Source of the DNA: Pseudomonadota bacterium
GTDB lineage: Bacteria > Desulfobacterota > Desulfobacteria > Desulfobacterales > RPRI01
NCBI GenBank assembly: GCA_043825875.1
Contig: JBDRRF010000076.1
Coordinates: 32,001-96,000, forward strand
DNA: 64,000 bases
Direction: 5' to 3'
Within the stretch, counting starts at the first letter, position 1, and every line of letters starts with the position of its first letter. The position numbers and the translations under genes are program-made. The notes under the pieces are model-generated. The model had not been told where the DNA came from and ran no database searches. It was given only the letters and a program-made list of their open reading frames with translations. Of this stretch, positions 38,646-49,795 are shown in pieces.

Positions 38646-40670
38646 ATGTGCCATAAAATAAAAGTAAGGGTGGTACAGATAATTTTGTTTGCAGGCTTTT
38701 TCATGATGCAGGTATCCGTTTCACAAGCAGCCGGTTTATTAAAACCTGTAAACGGCAATGGTTCGAACATTCACATGAAATCACACAATGTACAAGTAAC
38801 CATAAACAACGGCTTTAGCCGAACGGAAGTAGATCAGATCTTTATCAATGAAGGCGATAAGGATATGGAGGCTATCTATTCATTTCCTTTGCCGGTAAAA
38901 GCAAGTTTGTCGGAGTTGAGTATATGGATTGACGGCAAAGAAACGATAGGTGAAGTACTTGAAAAAGAAAGGGCAAAAAAGATCTATGAACAACAGAAGG
39001 CCAAGGGAAATGATTCAGCGCTTGCCCAAAAAGATGATTACAAGACTTTTAATATAAATGTTTCGCCTGTAAGAGCCGGTGGGGAAACACGCGTGCGTCT
39101 GGTTTATTACCAGCCTCTTGAGATAGACTTGAATATAGGCCGTTATGTGTATCCTTTGGCTGAAGGCGGAGTTGACGAGGAAAGGATTGCTTTCTGGTCT
39201 GTTGATAACAAAGTTATAGGGTCGTTTTCATTTGACTTGACATTAAAATCAGCTTTTCCGGTTAAAGACGTTCGCGTGCCCGGTTATCAGGATAGAGCAG
39301 AAATCAAACAAGCCGGCAATCCTGATGAAGAAACAAACAGCGGCAATACATATCATATCCGAATAACGGAACCTGAAGGCTGTAATCTTTCCAAGGATAT
39401 TGTTTTCTATTACCGCCTCAAAGAAGACGTTCCGGCACGGCTTGAGCTAATCCCATACAAAGCATCACCTGACAAGGAAGGAACGTTTATGGTGATAGTA
39501 ACTCCAGGAGCTTCCTTAAAGCGCATTGCCGAAGGCACTGACTGGACCTTTATTCTGGACAAATCGGGGAGCATGAGCGGCGAAAAGATAAAAACTCTGG
39601 CAGATGGAGTATCCCGTGTTATTGGCAAGATGTCTGTAAATGATCGTTTCCGCATTATCACCTTTAATAATAGCGCCGATGACTTTTCCGGAGGATATAT
39701 CAATGCAACGCCGGAAAATGTAAATGCAATGATCGAGCGCTTAAGAAATCTTCAGGCAAGTGGCGGAACCGCACTTTTCGCAGGGCTTGAAAAGGGATGC
39801 AAAGAACTCGATGATGACCGAACAACCGGAATGGTACTTGTTACTGACGGAGTAGCAAATATCGGACCTACTCACGAGGCTGCTTTTCTTCAATTACTGC
39901 AAGACCACGATATCAGGCTTTTTACTTTTGTTATTGGTAACAGTGCAAACAGACCTCTCTTGAATAAGCTGGCAAAAAAAACCAATGGATTTGCCATGAA
40001 CATATCAAATAGTGATGATATCATCGGACGTATTGTTCAGGCAAAGGCAAAAGTACTGCATGAAAACTTCCATGATGTCAAACTTCGCTTTCATGGGAAA
40101 AAGGTTAAAGATCTAACTCCAACAAGTGATAAAAGTCTTTATATGGGACAACAGCTTGTAAAGTTCGGCAAGTATAATGGCTCCGGTGAGATTGATATCG
40201 AACTGCTGGCTAAGATCTCAGGAACCCAGCACAGTTGGCGATGCACGGCGGTTCTGCCAAAGATGGATACGGATAATCCTGAAATAGAGCGTCTCTGGGC
40301 ACTGTCTGCCATAGAAGACCGAATGGAAGAGATCCGGGAAAATGGGGAAAACAACAAACTGCGTACCCAGGTTGTGGATTTAGGAATGCAATATTCTTTG
40401 GTTACAGACTATACCTCCATGATTGTTCTGTCAGAAGAAGAAATCGAAAATCTCGGGATTAAGCATACAAATAAAGAACGTGTTCATCGTGAACGCCAGG
40501 CTCAGCAGATTCGCAAAGCAGCGCCTGTAAAAAACTACAGAGCGGATAACAGTAACAATAACGGTGGTATGTTTAATGGATTAAAAGCTCCGAGTGTTGG
40601 TGTTGGTTCCGGTCCTATCGGACCTTTATCTCTCGCATTTATTTTCTGGCTCAACCGCAGAAAAAAATAA
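38646..40670 (+). CDS. VIT + vWA domain exported protein with GlyGly-CTERM-like tail
   Basis: Signal peptide; VIT (EAIYSFPLP); MIDAS DKSGSM, GGT, TDG; SLVTDYTS; tail GSGPIGPLSLAFIFWLNRRKK. Confidence 0.88.
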   Translation: MCHKIKVRVVQIILFAGFFMMQVSVSQAAGLLKPVNGNGSNIHMKSHNVQVTINNGFSRTEVDQIFINEGDKDMEAIYSFPLPVKASLSELSIWIDGKETIGEVLEKERAKKIYEQQKAKGNDSALAQKDDYKTFNINVSPVRAGGETRVRLVYYQPLEIDLNIGRYVYPLAEGGVDEERIAFWSVDNKVIGSFSFDLTLKSAFPVKDVRVPGYQDRAEIKQAGNPDEETNSGNTYHIRITEPEGCNLSKDIVFYYRLKEDVPARLELIPYKASPDKEGTFMVIVTPGASLKRIAEGTDWTFILDKSGSMSGEKIKTLADGVSRVIGKMSVNDRFRIITFNNSADDFSGGYINATPENVNAMIERLRNLQASGGTALFAGLEKGCKELDDDRTTGMVLVTDGVANIGPTHEAAFLQLLQDHDIRLFTFVIGNSANRPLLNKLAKKTNGFAMNISNSDDIIGRIVQAKAKVLHENFHDVKLRFHGKKVKDLTPTSDKSLYMGQQLVKFGKYNGSGEIDIELLAKISGTQHSWRCTAVLPKMDTDNPEIERLWALSAIEDRMEEIRENGENNKLRTQVVDLGMQYSLVTDYTSMIVLSEEEIENLGIKHTNKERVHRERQAQQIRKAAPVKNYRADNSNNNGGMFNGLKAPSVGVGSGPIGPLSLAFIFWLNRRKK

Positions 40671-40738
40671 AAACATAGTTCAAAAAAAGTATAGAAAGGG
40701 TGGCAATAGTCACCCTTTCTATACAGGAAGGACTTTAT

Positions 40739-41389
40739 ATGTTAAAGGAAAATACAAAAAGATCAAAGTCTGCCGTAACAATGCGCTCCTTTCCTGAAAT
40801 ATGGGCATATATCTCAATGATAATATTGTGCAATATTCATATCATTTCCGGAAATCTGCCAAATGAACTGGTTTTTTACCCTGACTTGAAGAATAGCAAA
40901 GCATTTTTAAGTATTATAACACACCCCTTTGTGCATGTTTCCTGGTACCATTTACTGCTTGATGGCGCAGGTTTTTTTATTGTCTATTCGGGTATAAAAC
41001 AGGCCAAAATGACAACTCGATTGGCATATGTAGCGTTTTGTTGCACAGGAAGTATATTACTGCCACTCTTGTTTTCATCCTTTAAGCTTGCTTATGGCTT
41101 ATGCGGCCTTTCAGGAATAGCCCATGGACTCATGGCAATTTCCACCCTTGAGATGGCAAATGGAAAGACTTTTAAAATAGGGATTTTCTGTTTTGCACTT
41201 GTTTTCACAAAAAGTATTATCGAAGCCGTTAGCGGTAATGTCCTTTTTTCATTCCTTCATTTCGGTTTAATGGGGCTGCCTGTTGCCTCAACGCATCTTG
41301 GAGGCGTCCTTGGAGGGTGTTTTGCTTATTTTATGTTTAAGGAAACTAATATGCTTTATAATTTTTTCAACTTAAAGCAAAAAGAATAA
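40739..41389 (+). CDS. Rhombosortase (rhomboid-family protease)
   Basis: HPFVHVSWYHLLLD, GLSG, HLGG; adjacent to a GlyGly-CTERM-type target. Confidence 0.85.
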   Translation: MLKENTKRSKSAVTMRSFPEIWAYISMIILCNIHIISGNLPNELVFYPDLKNSKAFLSIITHPFVHVSWYHLLLDGAGFFIVYSGIKQAKMTTRLAYVAFCCTGSILLPLLFSSFKLAYGLCGLSGIAHGLMAISTLEMANGKTFKIGIFCFALVFTKSIIEAVSGNVLFSFLHFGLMGLPVASTHLGGVLGGCFAYFMFKETNMLYNFFNLKQKE

Positions 41390-41763
41390 ATTTTGTTTTT
41401 ATAAAATAAAAATAGCCCGGCTATAGATTTGCCTCATATTTGTTATAATAATATGTTTTTATTGAATATAGATTCTAAGTCATTAATCCAGCCGCAATGA
41501 GCCTGAACGCAATTGCTGTAAATTTACGATTATTCCAATAATCTAATACTAAAGATATTTTTATTTTCAACCGATAATCTTTATAACAGATAATTGCTAT
41601 TTTCTATAACGAAAGCCGCTACTCACCTCTTTTGCCTCCGATTCATCACTTGGACTCTTTACGATCAGTGGCTAAATAATATTGCAATGGATTACGGCAG
41701 AAAAAGTTTTATAAATACATCTAAATACTTTGTTGTTTTTGAAATTTATTAACTAGGCAAATA

Positions 41764-44655
41764 ATGCTACAGAATTTTAGATATTTTTCGATCAGAAAAA
41801 AACTTATGGGCATCATGCTCCTGACAAGCGGCGTTGTGCTCCTGTGCACTTCTTTAGCATTTTTCATCAATGACGTTACATCATTTCGCAGCTGGATGCT
41901 TGATCAGCAAAAAATATTAGCCAATATTGTCGGCATAAATACTACTGCGGCTGTATTATTTAAAGATAATAAGGCCGGGGGAAATGCCCTCCAGGGGCTT
42001 TCTTCAAATCCCAATATTAAAACAGCATACATCCTTGTAGAAAATGGAGAGGTGTTTGCTTCCTATATGCAGAAAGGTCTTAAGCCCAGTAATAATAATC
42101 TGCAGATTAGCTACAAACATGGCATCCCCTATATCCGGGAACCGGACCTTTCCGCTATTACCGCTAAAGGAGATTCTTTTTGGCATTTCTTGGGCAGCAC
42201 ATTTACTGTTCTGCCCTTTTCAATGGATGGTCAACCGGTCAGCACAATAGTTATTGAGTCAGGCAACGGGGAACTAATGACCCGCCTCACACGTTCAATT
42301 ATCTCGTTTTTTGTGATTCTGTTTGCCGCATTTATCTTTGCCTACTTTATTTCCCGAAAATTGCAAAGACATATTTCTGAGCCAATCCTGCATCTTGCAG
42401 AAATTATGGACACTGTATCTACCGAAAAGTGTTACTCAATCCGAGCCGAAAAGACAACAGAAGATGAAATCGGCAATCTCATTTCAGGCTTTAATGAAAT
42501 GCTTGCCAAAATTGAAATGAAGGATAGAGAACTCAAAACTCATAGTGAGCAGTTGGAAGATACAGTTAATCAGCGAACCGAACAGCTTTCGCACGCTAAC
42601 AAAGAAATGGAAGTTGTTATTGTAGATCTTCTCAAGGCCAAAGAGGCTGCGGAAGCAGCGAGCCATGCCAAGTCGCAGTTTTTGGCAAATATGAGCCATG
42701 AGATACGAACACCCATGAATGGTATGATGGGGATGGTTGAACTTCTCCTAACCACTAGTATGTCCCCCAAACAGGAACACTTTGCCGAAACGGCCCGCCA
42801 GTCCGGAGACATGCTGCTTGCTGTAATCAACAATATTCTGGATTTTTCCAAGATAGAAGCAGGCAAACTGGAACTGGAAATAACCTCCTTTCCCCTGCGA
42901 GAGGTGATTGAAGAAACAGTTGATCTTTTTGCCGGAAATGCCCAGAGCAAGGGCCTTGAATTGACATGCCATATCCATACCGATGTCCCTGCACAAGTAA
43001 AAGGCGATTATAATAGACTACAGCAGGTATTAACTAACCTTGTAAGTAATGCCATCAAGTTTACCGAACAGGGGGAAATTGATATCATAGTAAAAACAGC
43101 AGAAGACGATGGCACGACATTACTGGTAAAGTTTGAAGTGCAAGATACTGGAATCGGCATATCACCGGAGGCCCAAGCCCGGATTTTTGAAGGCTTTGCT
43201 CAAGCCGACGAATCAATGACCCGGAAATTTGGCGGAACAGGCTTAGGTCTTACGATTGCCCAACAGCTGGTTTCCCTAATGGGTGGCAAAATAGAAGTTA
43301 TCAGCACACCCGACATCGGGACTACTTTCTGTTTCACCATCCGATTACAGAAAGAAAAAGCACACCAAACACCTACAGACGGACTCTTGCAAGGGTTACG
43401 GATACTTGTTGTAGATGATAATGAAACAAACCTGCGCATCCTGGAAGAGCAAACATCTTCCTGGGGTATGACCTGCCATAGCGCATCTAACGGGAAACAG
43501 GCGTTAGAGCTGCTCCGTTTTGCAGGTACTGATAATCCATACGACCTTGCCATTCTTGACATGATGATGCCTGAAATGAGTGGTATTAAACTGGCCCGGA
43601 TCATATATAACGATCCCAACATCCCCACCATGCGAATCATGCTGCTAACCTCGGTCAATCAGGAGATAGGTCAAGAACAGGCAAAACAATGGGGCGTTAC
43701 ATCGTTATTAAATAAACCTATTCGCCAATCACGACTCTACGAAAGCTTAATGACCTTATTAAACAACGAAGAAGTAATAAATTCAGACTATAATATCACT
43801 GAAAAGCAAAACCCTGAAGATCAACAAAAACTCCGTATCCTTATAGCAGAAGATAATTCTGTAAATCAGCAAGTCATTAAAGCAGCACTTGAATTGCTAA
43901 ACTTCGAGGTTGATATTACAACCAACGGCCAGGAGGCTCTCGATTCATGGTTAACCCATCACCAAAAGCTGATCTTCATGGACGGTCAGATGCCGGTCAT
44001 GGATGGCTATGAAGCAACCATCCAAATACGTAAAGCTGAAGCCACAGATGCATGCCGTTTTGAAAAAACACATACCATTATTATAGCCCTGACAGGTCAT
44101 GCTATAAAAGGAGACCGGGAAAAGTTTCTTGCAACCGGGATGGATGATTACATGTCAAAACCATTTACAATTGCCCAATTAAAATCAATGTTGAGTAAGT
44201 GGCTGCCTGATTCGACGTCAGGCAAGGAAACAGAGGCCGGGTTTGCCAGTCCGGAAATGGAGGTTATTAATAAACAATCATCTATTACCGAGAGCGAATC
44301 CTTGATAGACATGAATTTCTTAAACAATATAAAAAGTCTGCAACGGCCAGGCCGTCCCAATCTGCTAAACAAGGTGATTGAGGATTATGTTGACTCTGCG
44401 CCCCGCCTCATAGGAGCTATCCGTCAGGGTATAGCAGATAAAGACCCGACAGCCTTGAGAAGCGCAGCTCATTCCTTAAAGTCGAGCAGTGCCAATGTCG
44501 GAGCCTCGTCACTTGCCACACTCTGCCGGCAGATCGAATCAATTGGCCATGCCCGAGCAACCGATGGAGCAGATATTCTTTTCCAGCAAATTGAATTCGT
44601 CTATCCCCAAGTCTATCAGAATCTTACGGAAATCCAACAAGAAGAAAGAGTTTAA
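41764..44655 (+). CDS. Hybrid sensor kinase (periplasmic sensor-HAMP-HisKA-HATPase-2xREC-Hpt)
   Basis: [28 protein letters not shown], two receiver domains, AHSLKSSS. Confidence 0.95.
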   Translation: MLQNFRYFSIRKKLMGIMLLTSGVVLLCTSLAFFINDVTSFRSWMLDQQKILANIVGINTTAAVLFKDNKAGGNALQGLSSNPNIKTAYILVENGEVFASYMQKGLKPSNNNLQISYKHGIPYIREPDLSAITAKGDSFWHFLGSTFTVLPFSMDGQPVSTIVIESGNGELMTRLTRSIISFFVILFAAFIFAYFISRKLQRHISEPILHLAEIMDTVSTEKCYSIRAEKTTEDEIGNLISGFNEMLAKIEMKDRELKTHSEQLEDTVNQRTEQLSHANKEMEVVIVDLLKAKEAAEAASHAKSQFLANMSHEIRTPMNGMMGMVELLLTTSMSPKQEHFAETARQSGDMLLAVINNILDFSKIEAGKLELEITSFPLREVIEETVDLFAGNAQSKGLELTCHIHTDVPAQVKGDYNRLQQVLTNLVSNAIKFTEQGEIDIIVKTAEDDGTTLLVKFEVQDTGIGISPEAQARIFEGFAQADESMTRKFGGTGLGLTIAQQLVSLMGGKIEVISTPDIGTTFCFTIRLQKEKAHQTPTDGLLQGLRILVVDDNETNLRILEEQTSSWGMTCHSASNGKQALELLRFAGTDNPYDLAILDMMMPEMSGIKLARIIYNDPNIPTMRIMLLTSVNQEIGQEQAKQWGVTSLLNKPIRQSRLYESLMTLLNNEEVINSDYNITEKQNPEDQQKLRILIAEDNSVNQQVIKAALELLNFEVDITTNGQEALDSWLTHHQKLIFMDGQMPVMDGYEATIQIRKAEATDACRFEKTHTIIIALTGHAIKGDREKFLATGMDDYMSKPFTIAQLKSMLSKWLPDSTSGKETEAGFASPEMEVINKQSSITESESLIDMNFLNNIKSLQRPGRPNLLNKVIEDYVDSAPRLIGAIRQGIADKDPTALRSAAHSLKSSSANVGASSLATLCRQIESIGHARATDGADILFQQIEFVYPQVYQNLTEIQQEERV

Positions 44656-44698
44656 TCATGGAAAGCGCCACTTTTTTTAATACAGGAGTAAATAGATC

Positions 44699-46879
44699 AT
44701 GAACCAAATCTCTGATAATTATGCGGCAAGACAAGTCCTTATTGTCGATGACGATACTACAATACGGTTTCTTGCCCGTGAGACTTTAGAAGAAGCCGGT
44801 TTTGAAGTAACTGAAGCTGCAAATGGAGCACAGGGCTTTGCTGCTTTCGAATCGATCCATCCACAAGTAATTCTTTTAGATGTTATGATGCCTGAAATCG
44901 ACGGATTTGCGGTTTGCAAAAAGATTCGCAACCATCCCGATGGCAAAAATATCGCCATCCTAATGATGACCGGACTTGAAGACATTGATTCTATTCAACG
45001 TGCATATGATGTGGGCGCTACTGACTTTATTACCAAACCCATAAACTGGCAAATTCTTGGATACCGTGCAAATTATATGTACCGTGCAAACCAGGCATTC
45101 AAAGACCTTAAAAATAGTGAGGTTCAGCTTAGCTCAGCACAAAGAATTGCCCATCTGGGAAGCTGGAATTGGGATATTGCAAACAATCAAATTCAATTAT
45201 CCGATGAACTCTATCGTATTTTTAATATTGATTCCACCACTTGTGCCCTCACCTATGAAACATTTATCAACTTCATTCATCCTATCGACAAAGAACAAGT
45301 AAAAATGACCGTTGAGGAGGCTACAGCCACACAGCAACCTTTCCACCTTGATTATAAAATCGTATTAGCCGATGATGTAGAGCGTTTTGTAAGCATTGAA
45401 GGACAACCGATTTTAAATAGTAAGAGTAAAGTGGTCCGGATGGCCGGAACTATCCAGGATATTACGGAACGAAAACAAGCAGAGGCACAAATCCGCTCTC
45501 TGGCATTGTATGATAATCTAACGGGCCTGCCTAACAGAATTCTCTTCCGTGACCGTTTGGAACAGGCAATCCGACAAGCAAGCCGGCAAAACAGCATGGT
45601 TGCCGCAATATTTATTGATCTTGACCGGTTTAAAGACATAAACGATAGTTTGGGGCATAATGCGGGCGATGAACTCTTACGGCAGGTCGCTAACAGACTG
45701 CTCTCTGTAACCCGATCCAGCGATACCGTATCAAGGTTGGGCGGCGACGAGTTTACAATAGTACTCCAGAATCTCACTTCTCTAGACATTATTTGCTCAT
45801 TGGCACAGAAAATATTGGATACATTTTCAGAACCTTTTTTGCTTGAAGCAAAAGAAATATTTGTCACCGCAAGTATTGGCGTTGCCGTTTACCCCAACGA
45901 TGCCGAAAAAGCCGATGATCTTCTAAAAAATGCCGATATAGCCATGTACTATGCTAAGGACCAGGGCAAAAACAACTATAAACTATTCTCATCAGATATG
46001 CAGGTTAAAGCTGAGACCCGCCTTACCATGCAAAACGAGATGCGCCAAGCCATGGAACGAAATGAATTTTTCCTTAACTACCAACCGAAATTTGACACCA
46101 AGACTGGTGAATTAACGGGAATGGAAGCGCTGATAAGGTGGAAACATCAGGAGAAAGGGATTATTATGCCAAACACCTTTATTCCTATTGCAGAAGCTAC
46201 AGGGCTTATCGTTCCTCTGGGAGAATGGGTGCTTAAGGAGGCCTGTCACCAAAACATGGCATGGCAGGCAATTGGATACGAACCCATAAAAATTGCCGTC
46301 AATGTTTCAGCAATCCAGTTTAAGAGAAGCAATTTCTTGGCTACTGTAAATAAGGTTCTCAAGGAAACAGGGATGGCTGCCCATTTCCTGCAGATTGAAC
46401 TTACTGAAACTTCCCTTATGCAGCAAAGTGAAAACTCAGAAAACATACGAAGCAAGGATCAGCCTGCCAGTAATGCAACAGCATCTGAGGTAGGTGCAGA
46501 AGGAAACAATTCTATAATCAATACACTTGATATATTACAGAAAATGGGCATATCAATTGCTATAGATGATTTTGGCACAGGCTATTCTTCGCTAAGCTAT
46601 TTGAGATATTTCCCGATAGATGTAATAAAAATAGATAGTAGTTTTGTCTGGGCAATAAATGCCTGGCAGGGCAGTGAGATAATTTCAACCATTATTGATA
46701 TGTCAAAAAAATTGAACTTGCAGGTAACAGCCGAAGGTGTTGAAACCGAACATCAGAAAACATATCTTATAAACCGTGGATGCCATGAATTGCAGGGGTT
46801 TCTTACGGGCAAGCCGGCACTCGCAGAAGATTGTGTGAAATATTTTGTAAAACCACAGGGAAAAGTAGTTAACGAATAA
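44699..46879 (+). CDS. REC-PAS-GGDEF-EAL diguanylate cyclase/phosphodiesterase
   Basis: Receiver LLDVMMP; PAS; SRLGGDEF; MEALIRW; DDFGTGYSSL. Confidence 0.95.
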   Translation: MNQISDNYAARQVLIVDDDTTIRFLARETLEEAGFEVTEAANGAQGFAAFESIHPQVILLDVMMPEIDGFAVCKKIRNHPDGKNIAILMMTGLEDIDSIQRAYDVGATDFITKPINWQILGYRANYMYRANQAFKDLKNSEVQLSSAQRIAHLGSWNWDIANNQIQLSDELYRIFNIDSTTCALTYETFINFIHPIDKEQVKMTVEEATATQQPFHLDYKIVLADDVERFVSIEGQPILNSKSKVVRMAGTIQDITERKQAEAQIRSLALYDNLTGLPNRILFRDRLEQAIRQASRQNSMVAAIFIDLDRFKDINDSLGHNAGDELLRQVANRLLSVTRSSDTVSRLGGDEFTIVLQNLTSLDIICSLAQKILDTFSEPFLLEAKEIFVTASIGVAVYPNDAEKADDLLKNADIAMYYAKDQGKNNYKLFSSDMQVKAETRLTMQNEMRQAMERNEFFLNYQPKFDTKTGELTGMEALIRWKHQEKGIIMPNTFIPIAEATGLIVPLGEWVLKEACHQNMAWQAIGYEPIKIAVNVSAIQFKRSNFLATVNKVLKETGMAAHFLQIELTETSLMQQSENSENIRSKDQPASNATASEVGAEGNNSIINTLDILQKMGISIAIDDFGTGYSSLSYLRYFPIDVIKIDSSFVWAINAWQGSEIISTIIDMSKKLNLQVTAEGVETEHQKTYLINRGCHELQGFLTGKPALAEDCVKYFVKPQGKVVNE

Positions 46880-46889
46880 TATTCATATA

Positions 46890-47012
46890 CCTCTTAATAA
46901 AGGGAATATCGCTTTCCCCCTTAACAAAGTGGGTTTATAGGGGGTTGTCCATGTTCATACTTCTTTCAATCCATCCTTACAACCCCCTTTATCCCCCTTT
47001 TTTAAGGGTGAA
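46890..47012. repeat. Degenerate REP-like CCCCC/GGGGG palindromic repeats
   Basis: ttcccccttaacaaagtggg...tataggggg and ccccttttatccccctttttaaggg in inverted arrangement after the EAL gene. Confidence 0.5.
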
Positions 47013-47183
47013 TTAAAAAGTAGACATTTGCACCAAATACTTATTTTAATTGGTTTGTCTATGCGTAATAAGCAGTTTTGGGTAAGTTCCAAATGCGGTT
47101 ACCCTGATAAAAGTTCTCTGCTGTATTTACAAAATTTAAAATATTTGGTAGTAATAGAGAATTGTTAATTTACTACAGCTACC

Positions 47184-48344
47184 ATGAAGATAAAAAAGGG
47201 AATAATGAAATTATTCTATTTTCTAATTAAACCATTGGAGCCACTTTCAAAACGTTTCAGTTTGGTCAAGCTCAAGGCAGGAGAAAATTTCAACCACAGG
47301 AATACTTTAAGTATTTCGAGGATAGCGCTAAAGCTTCACTTCGTGCGAAATTTGAGCCCAACGCAGAGATCGGCCAAAATGGGGCGTTTTGAAACTGGCT
47401 CATTGGTATTTTTTTTTACTATTGTACTTATTATCGGTTTCGCATCGCAAAGCATAACCGCCCAGATAGAATCTTCTGATATGACCCGTTATTTATACAG
47501 CGGCGATGGGCAACTCCGCTTGTATAGCAAAAAAAACGGGAAATCTTTTTCTGGCAGATACCGTTTAGGTTTGGGAACCTATGATGAATCGGCGTTAAAG
47601 AAAATATGCCGGGTTTTCGATGTACCCGATAGTGCCCCAAATACTCACCTCTCTTTGCGGCTTATAGAATTTATCGATTATTTACAAGACCGCTTTGGAC
47701 CTAATCGCCAAATCACCATCACTTCCGGTTATCGAAACCCGGAATACAACACAGGACTTCGCAATAATGGCAAGCTGGCCGCCAAAGCCAGCCTTCACCA
47801 GTATGGAATGGCTGTGGATTTTATAATGGAAGGCGTTAAAGCAAAGTCTATCTGGAATTATGTCAAGACACTGGGTTTTGGCGGAGCAGGCTATTATCAC
47901 GGAAAAACGGTGCATATTGATGTTGGCCCTTCTCGCTCATGGGATGAAACAACATCTGGTGTTGGAACAAATATTTCCGATGACAATAAACTTATCGGGC
48001 TTGTGACGGATTACGATGTTTATCAACCTGGCGCAACGATTACTTTTCGATTCATAAGAATGACGGCCTTTCCAATCGGCGTAATTCCTGAATTCTCGCT
48101 GCTCCGCTTAGATGATAAGACCGGACCAAGAGTTGTTCTTGATTTTAAACCCGATTCAGCTGTACCCGAAAAAGCCTCCTGTATTCAGTTTGGCAATATT
48201 GACCAGATGGCTGGTATTCGATGGAAATTGCCGAATGGAATAATCCCCGGTCGCTATAAAATCAGGGCTGTCTTCTGCGATGATTCATGGAAAGACATGC
48301 CGAACCAAATCGAAACTCCTGAAATTGAGATCAGAAAAATATAG
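47184..48344 (+). CDS. YcbK/DUF882 (peptidase M15-like) exported protein, signal peptide interrupted in frame by a MITE
   Basis: ITSGYRNPEYN, ASLHQYGMAVD, GYY...VHIDVG. Confidence 0.85.
   Translation: MKIKKGIMKLFYFLIKPLEPLSKRFSLVKLKAGENFNHRNTLSISRIALKLHFVRNLSPTQRSAKMGRFETGSLVFFFTIVLIIGFASQSITAQIESSDMTRYLYSGDGQLRLYSKKNGKSFSGRYRLGLGTYDESALKKICRVFDVPDSAPNTHLSLRLIEFIDYLQDRFGPNRQITITSGYRNPEYNTGLRNNGKLAAKASLHQYGMAVDFIMEGVKAKSIWNYVKTLGFGGAGYYHGKTVHIDVGPSRSWDETTSGVGTNISDDNKLIGLVTDYDVYQPGATITFRFIRMTAFPIGVIPEFSLLRLDDKTGPRVVLDFKPDSAVPEKASCIQFGNIDQMAGIRWKLPNGIIPGRYKIRAVFCDDSWKDMPNQIETPEIEIRKI
47238..47401 (+). mobile_element. MITE copy 2 (164 bp), inside a CDS
   Basis: Same TIRs; perfect TSD ATTG; 164+4 = 168 bp keeps the frame. 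Confidence 0.9.
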
Positions 48345-48700
48345 CGGCCAACCGAAATTAATCCGATTGGCCGCTATGGAGGAAAGAAGATTTATTGTTA
48401 GGGTTACTTTATATATAGCAATTAACTTGCCAATGAGGTCTTTTTTTTACTTTAACAATAGATATTATATTTTTATTATAAATTCATGATAGTTATGATC
48501 AGATATATTTTTCCTTTCTCGTTATTAAATCTTTTTTAAGTTTCATATCCCTATCAGTAAGTTCATTATATTGAACCACTATTTAAGAACATTAATATAA
48601 TTGATTGTATTTAAATGATTTTTTTGCGTTCATTATTTTGAACAACAATCTTTGCCAGATAAACTCAGTTCAAAAACCAAACCTTTTCAGTGCTATATCA

Positions 48701-49039
48701 TTACCCCGAGGCAGACCCCAAGGAAGAGTCTCCGGTTATCTTAAGATGATACTTACTATAGACAAACACTTCGTATTCGGTAGGCGCCTCCAGCAACTCT
48801 TCCATCTGAACCTCTATTTCTTTCCTGAGCGGATTTTCTTTCCAGTTCTTCCAATCTTCCGTACTCTGCCAGGTACCGATTACCATGGTTCCTTGAGGAT
48901 TGTTATAATCGACCAAAGTCTCGCCTGAGATATACCCATTCTGATTCATTGCCCTGGCACGGATTTTTCTGATCAGTACGAAAACATCCCTCAACTTACC
49001 CTCTTTAATCCTTCTTCTCATACAAACTTTAACAAGCAT
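48701..49039 (-). CDS. Antibiotic biosynthesis monooxygenase (ABM) family protein
   Basis: GYISGETL, GTWQSTEDWKNW. Confidence 0.8.
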   Translation of the reverse strand: MLVKVCMRRRIKEGKLRDVFVLIRKIRARAMNQNGYISGETLVDYNNPQGTMVIGTWQSTEDWKNWKENPLRKEIEVQMEELLEAPTEYEVFVYSKYHLKITGDSSLGSASG

Positions 49040-49112
49040 AATGACCTCCTTTATCCAAGTTATTATTAGATGGTTCCATGATGAATCATATTAATATGGT
49101 ATTGATATCGTT

Positions 49113-49733
49113 TCATGTACCGAAGAGACCTTCAATAATTTTTTCTAATTGATAAAGGAAAGAACTGCCAAAAGCATTTTCAACAATTTGAGCTATATTA
49201 TTATCCAAGTCAATAGACTGAGAAGTTCTTTTTTTATTGCAAGGAAACAGCAAGGCATCATCTTGTATAGATAAAATTAACGGATCAGATTCTACTAGTG
49301 CTAACGGCCAGAGAATACATGCCAATGGTTTTACTGATTTTAAGGGAATTTTCATATCTATTGCCACTTTATGCAGAGAACATAAAACCTTTTCCCCTTT
49401 ACCCCGATATCCAAAAACACAAAATTCCTTATTGTTTTTATCAATTGAATATGTATTACTTCCTTCATCTTCGAAAATATTATCGAAACTCTTATCTGAT
49501 TTTAAAAAACGTGCGTATTTTGATGCATAGGGCAAAACCCCAATAATATTAGATAATTCAATACTGTTAATACATACTTCATAATTGGAACAACAGCTTT
49601 GTGAAATTTTACAATTGCTGGTCATGCAAGAATGATTGATAGATGTTAAGGCTTTACAATCTACGACAATCCCATCAATTGTAGGAAAAAATTCACTTCC
49701 ATTCATTTTGCAATCACAACCTGTAATCCCCAT
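49113..49733 (-). CDS. Cys-rich protein (DUF3109 / Fe-S cluster-like)
   Basis: SCC, FCVF, LCSLH, KPLACILWP. Confidence 0.6.
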   Translation of the reverse strand: MGITGCDCKMNGSEFFPTIDGIVVDCKALTSINHSCMTSNCKISQSCCSNYEVCINSIELSNIIGVLPYASKYARFLKSDKSFDNIFEDEGSNTYSIDKNNKEFCVFGYRGKGEKVLCSLHKVAIDMKIPLKSVKPLACILWPLALVESDPLILSIQDDALLFPCNKKRTSQSIDLDNNIAQIVENAFGSSFLYQLEKIIEGLFGT

Positions 49734-49795
49734 CTATTTTTAACCCTGCGTTGGTATTATGTGGATCTCAACACATCTGTTCCGCTGCTATTTTC

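Noticed and set aside
42570..45867. Long antisense ORFs within the kinase and GGDEF genes (and similar shadows elsewhere)
   Set aside because: Opposite-strand shadows of well-supported genes.
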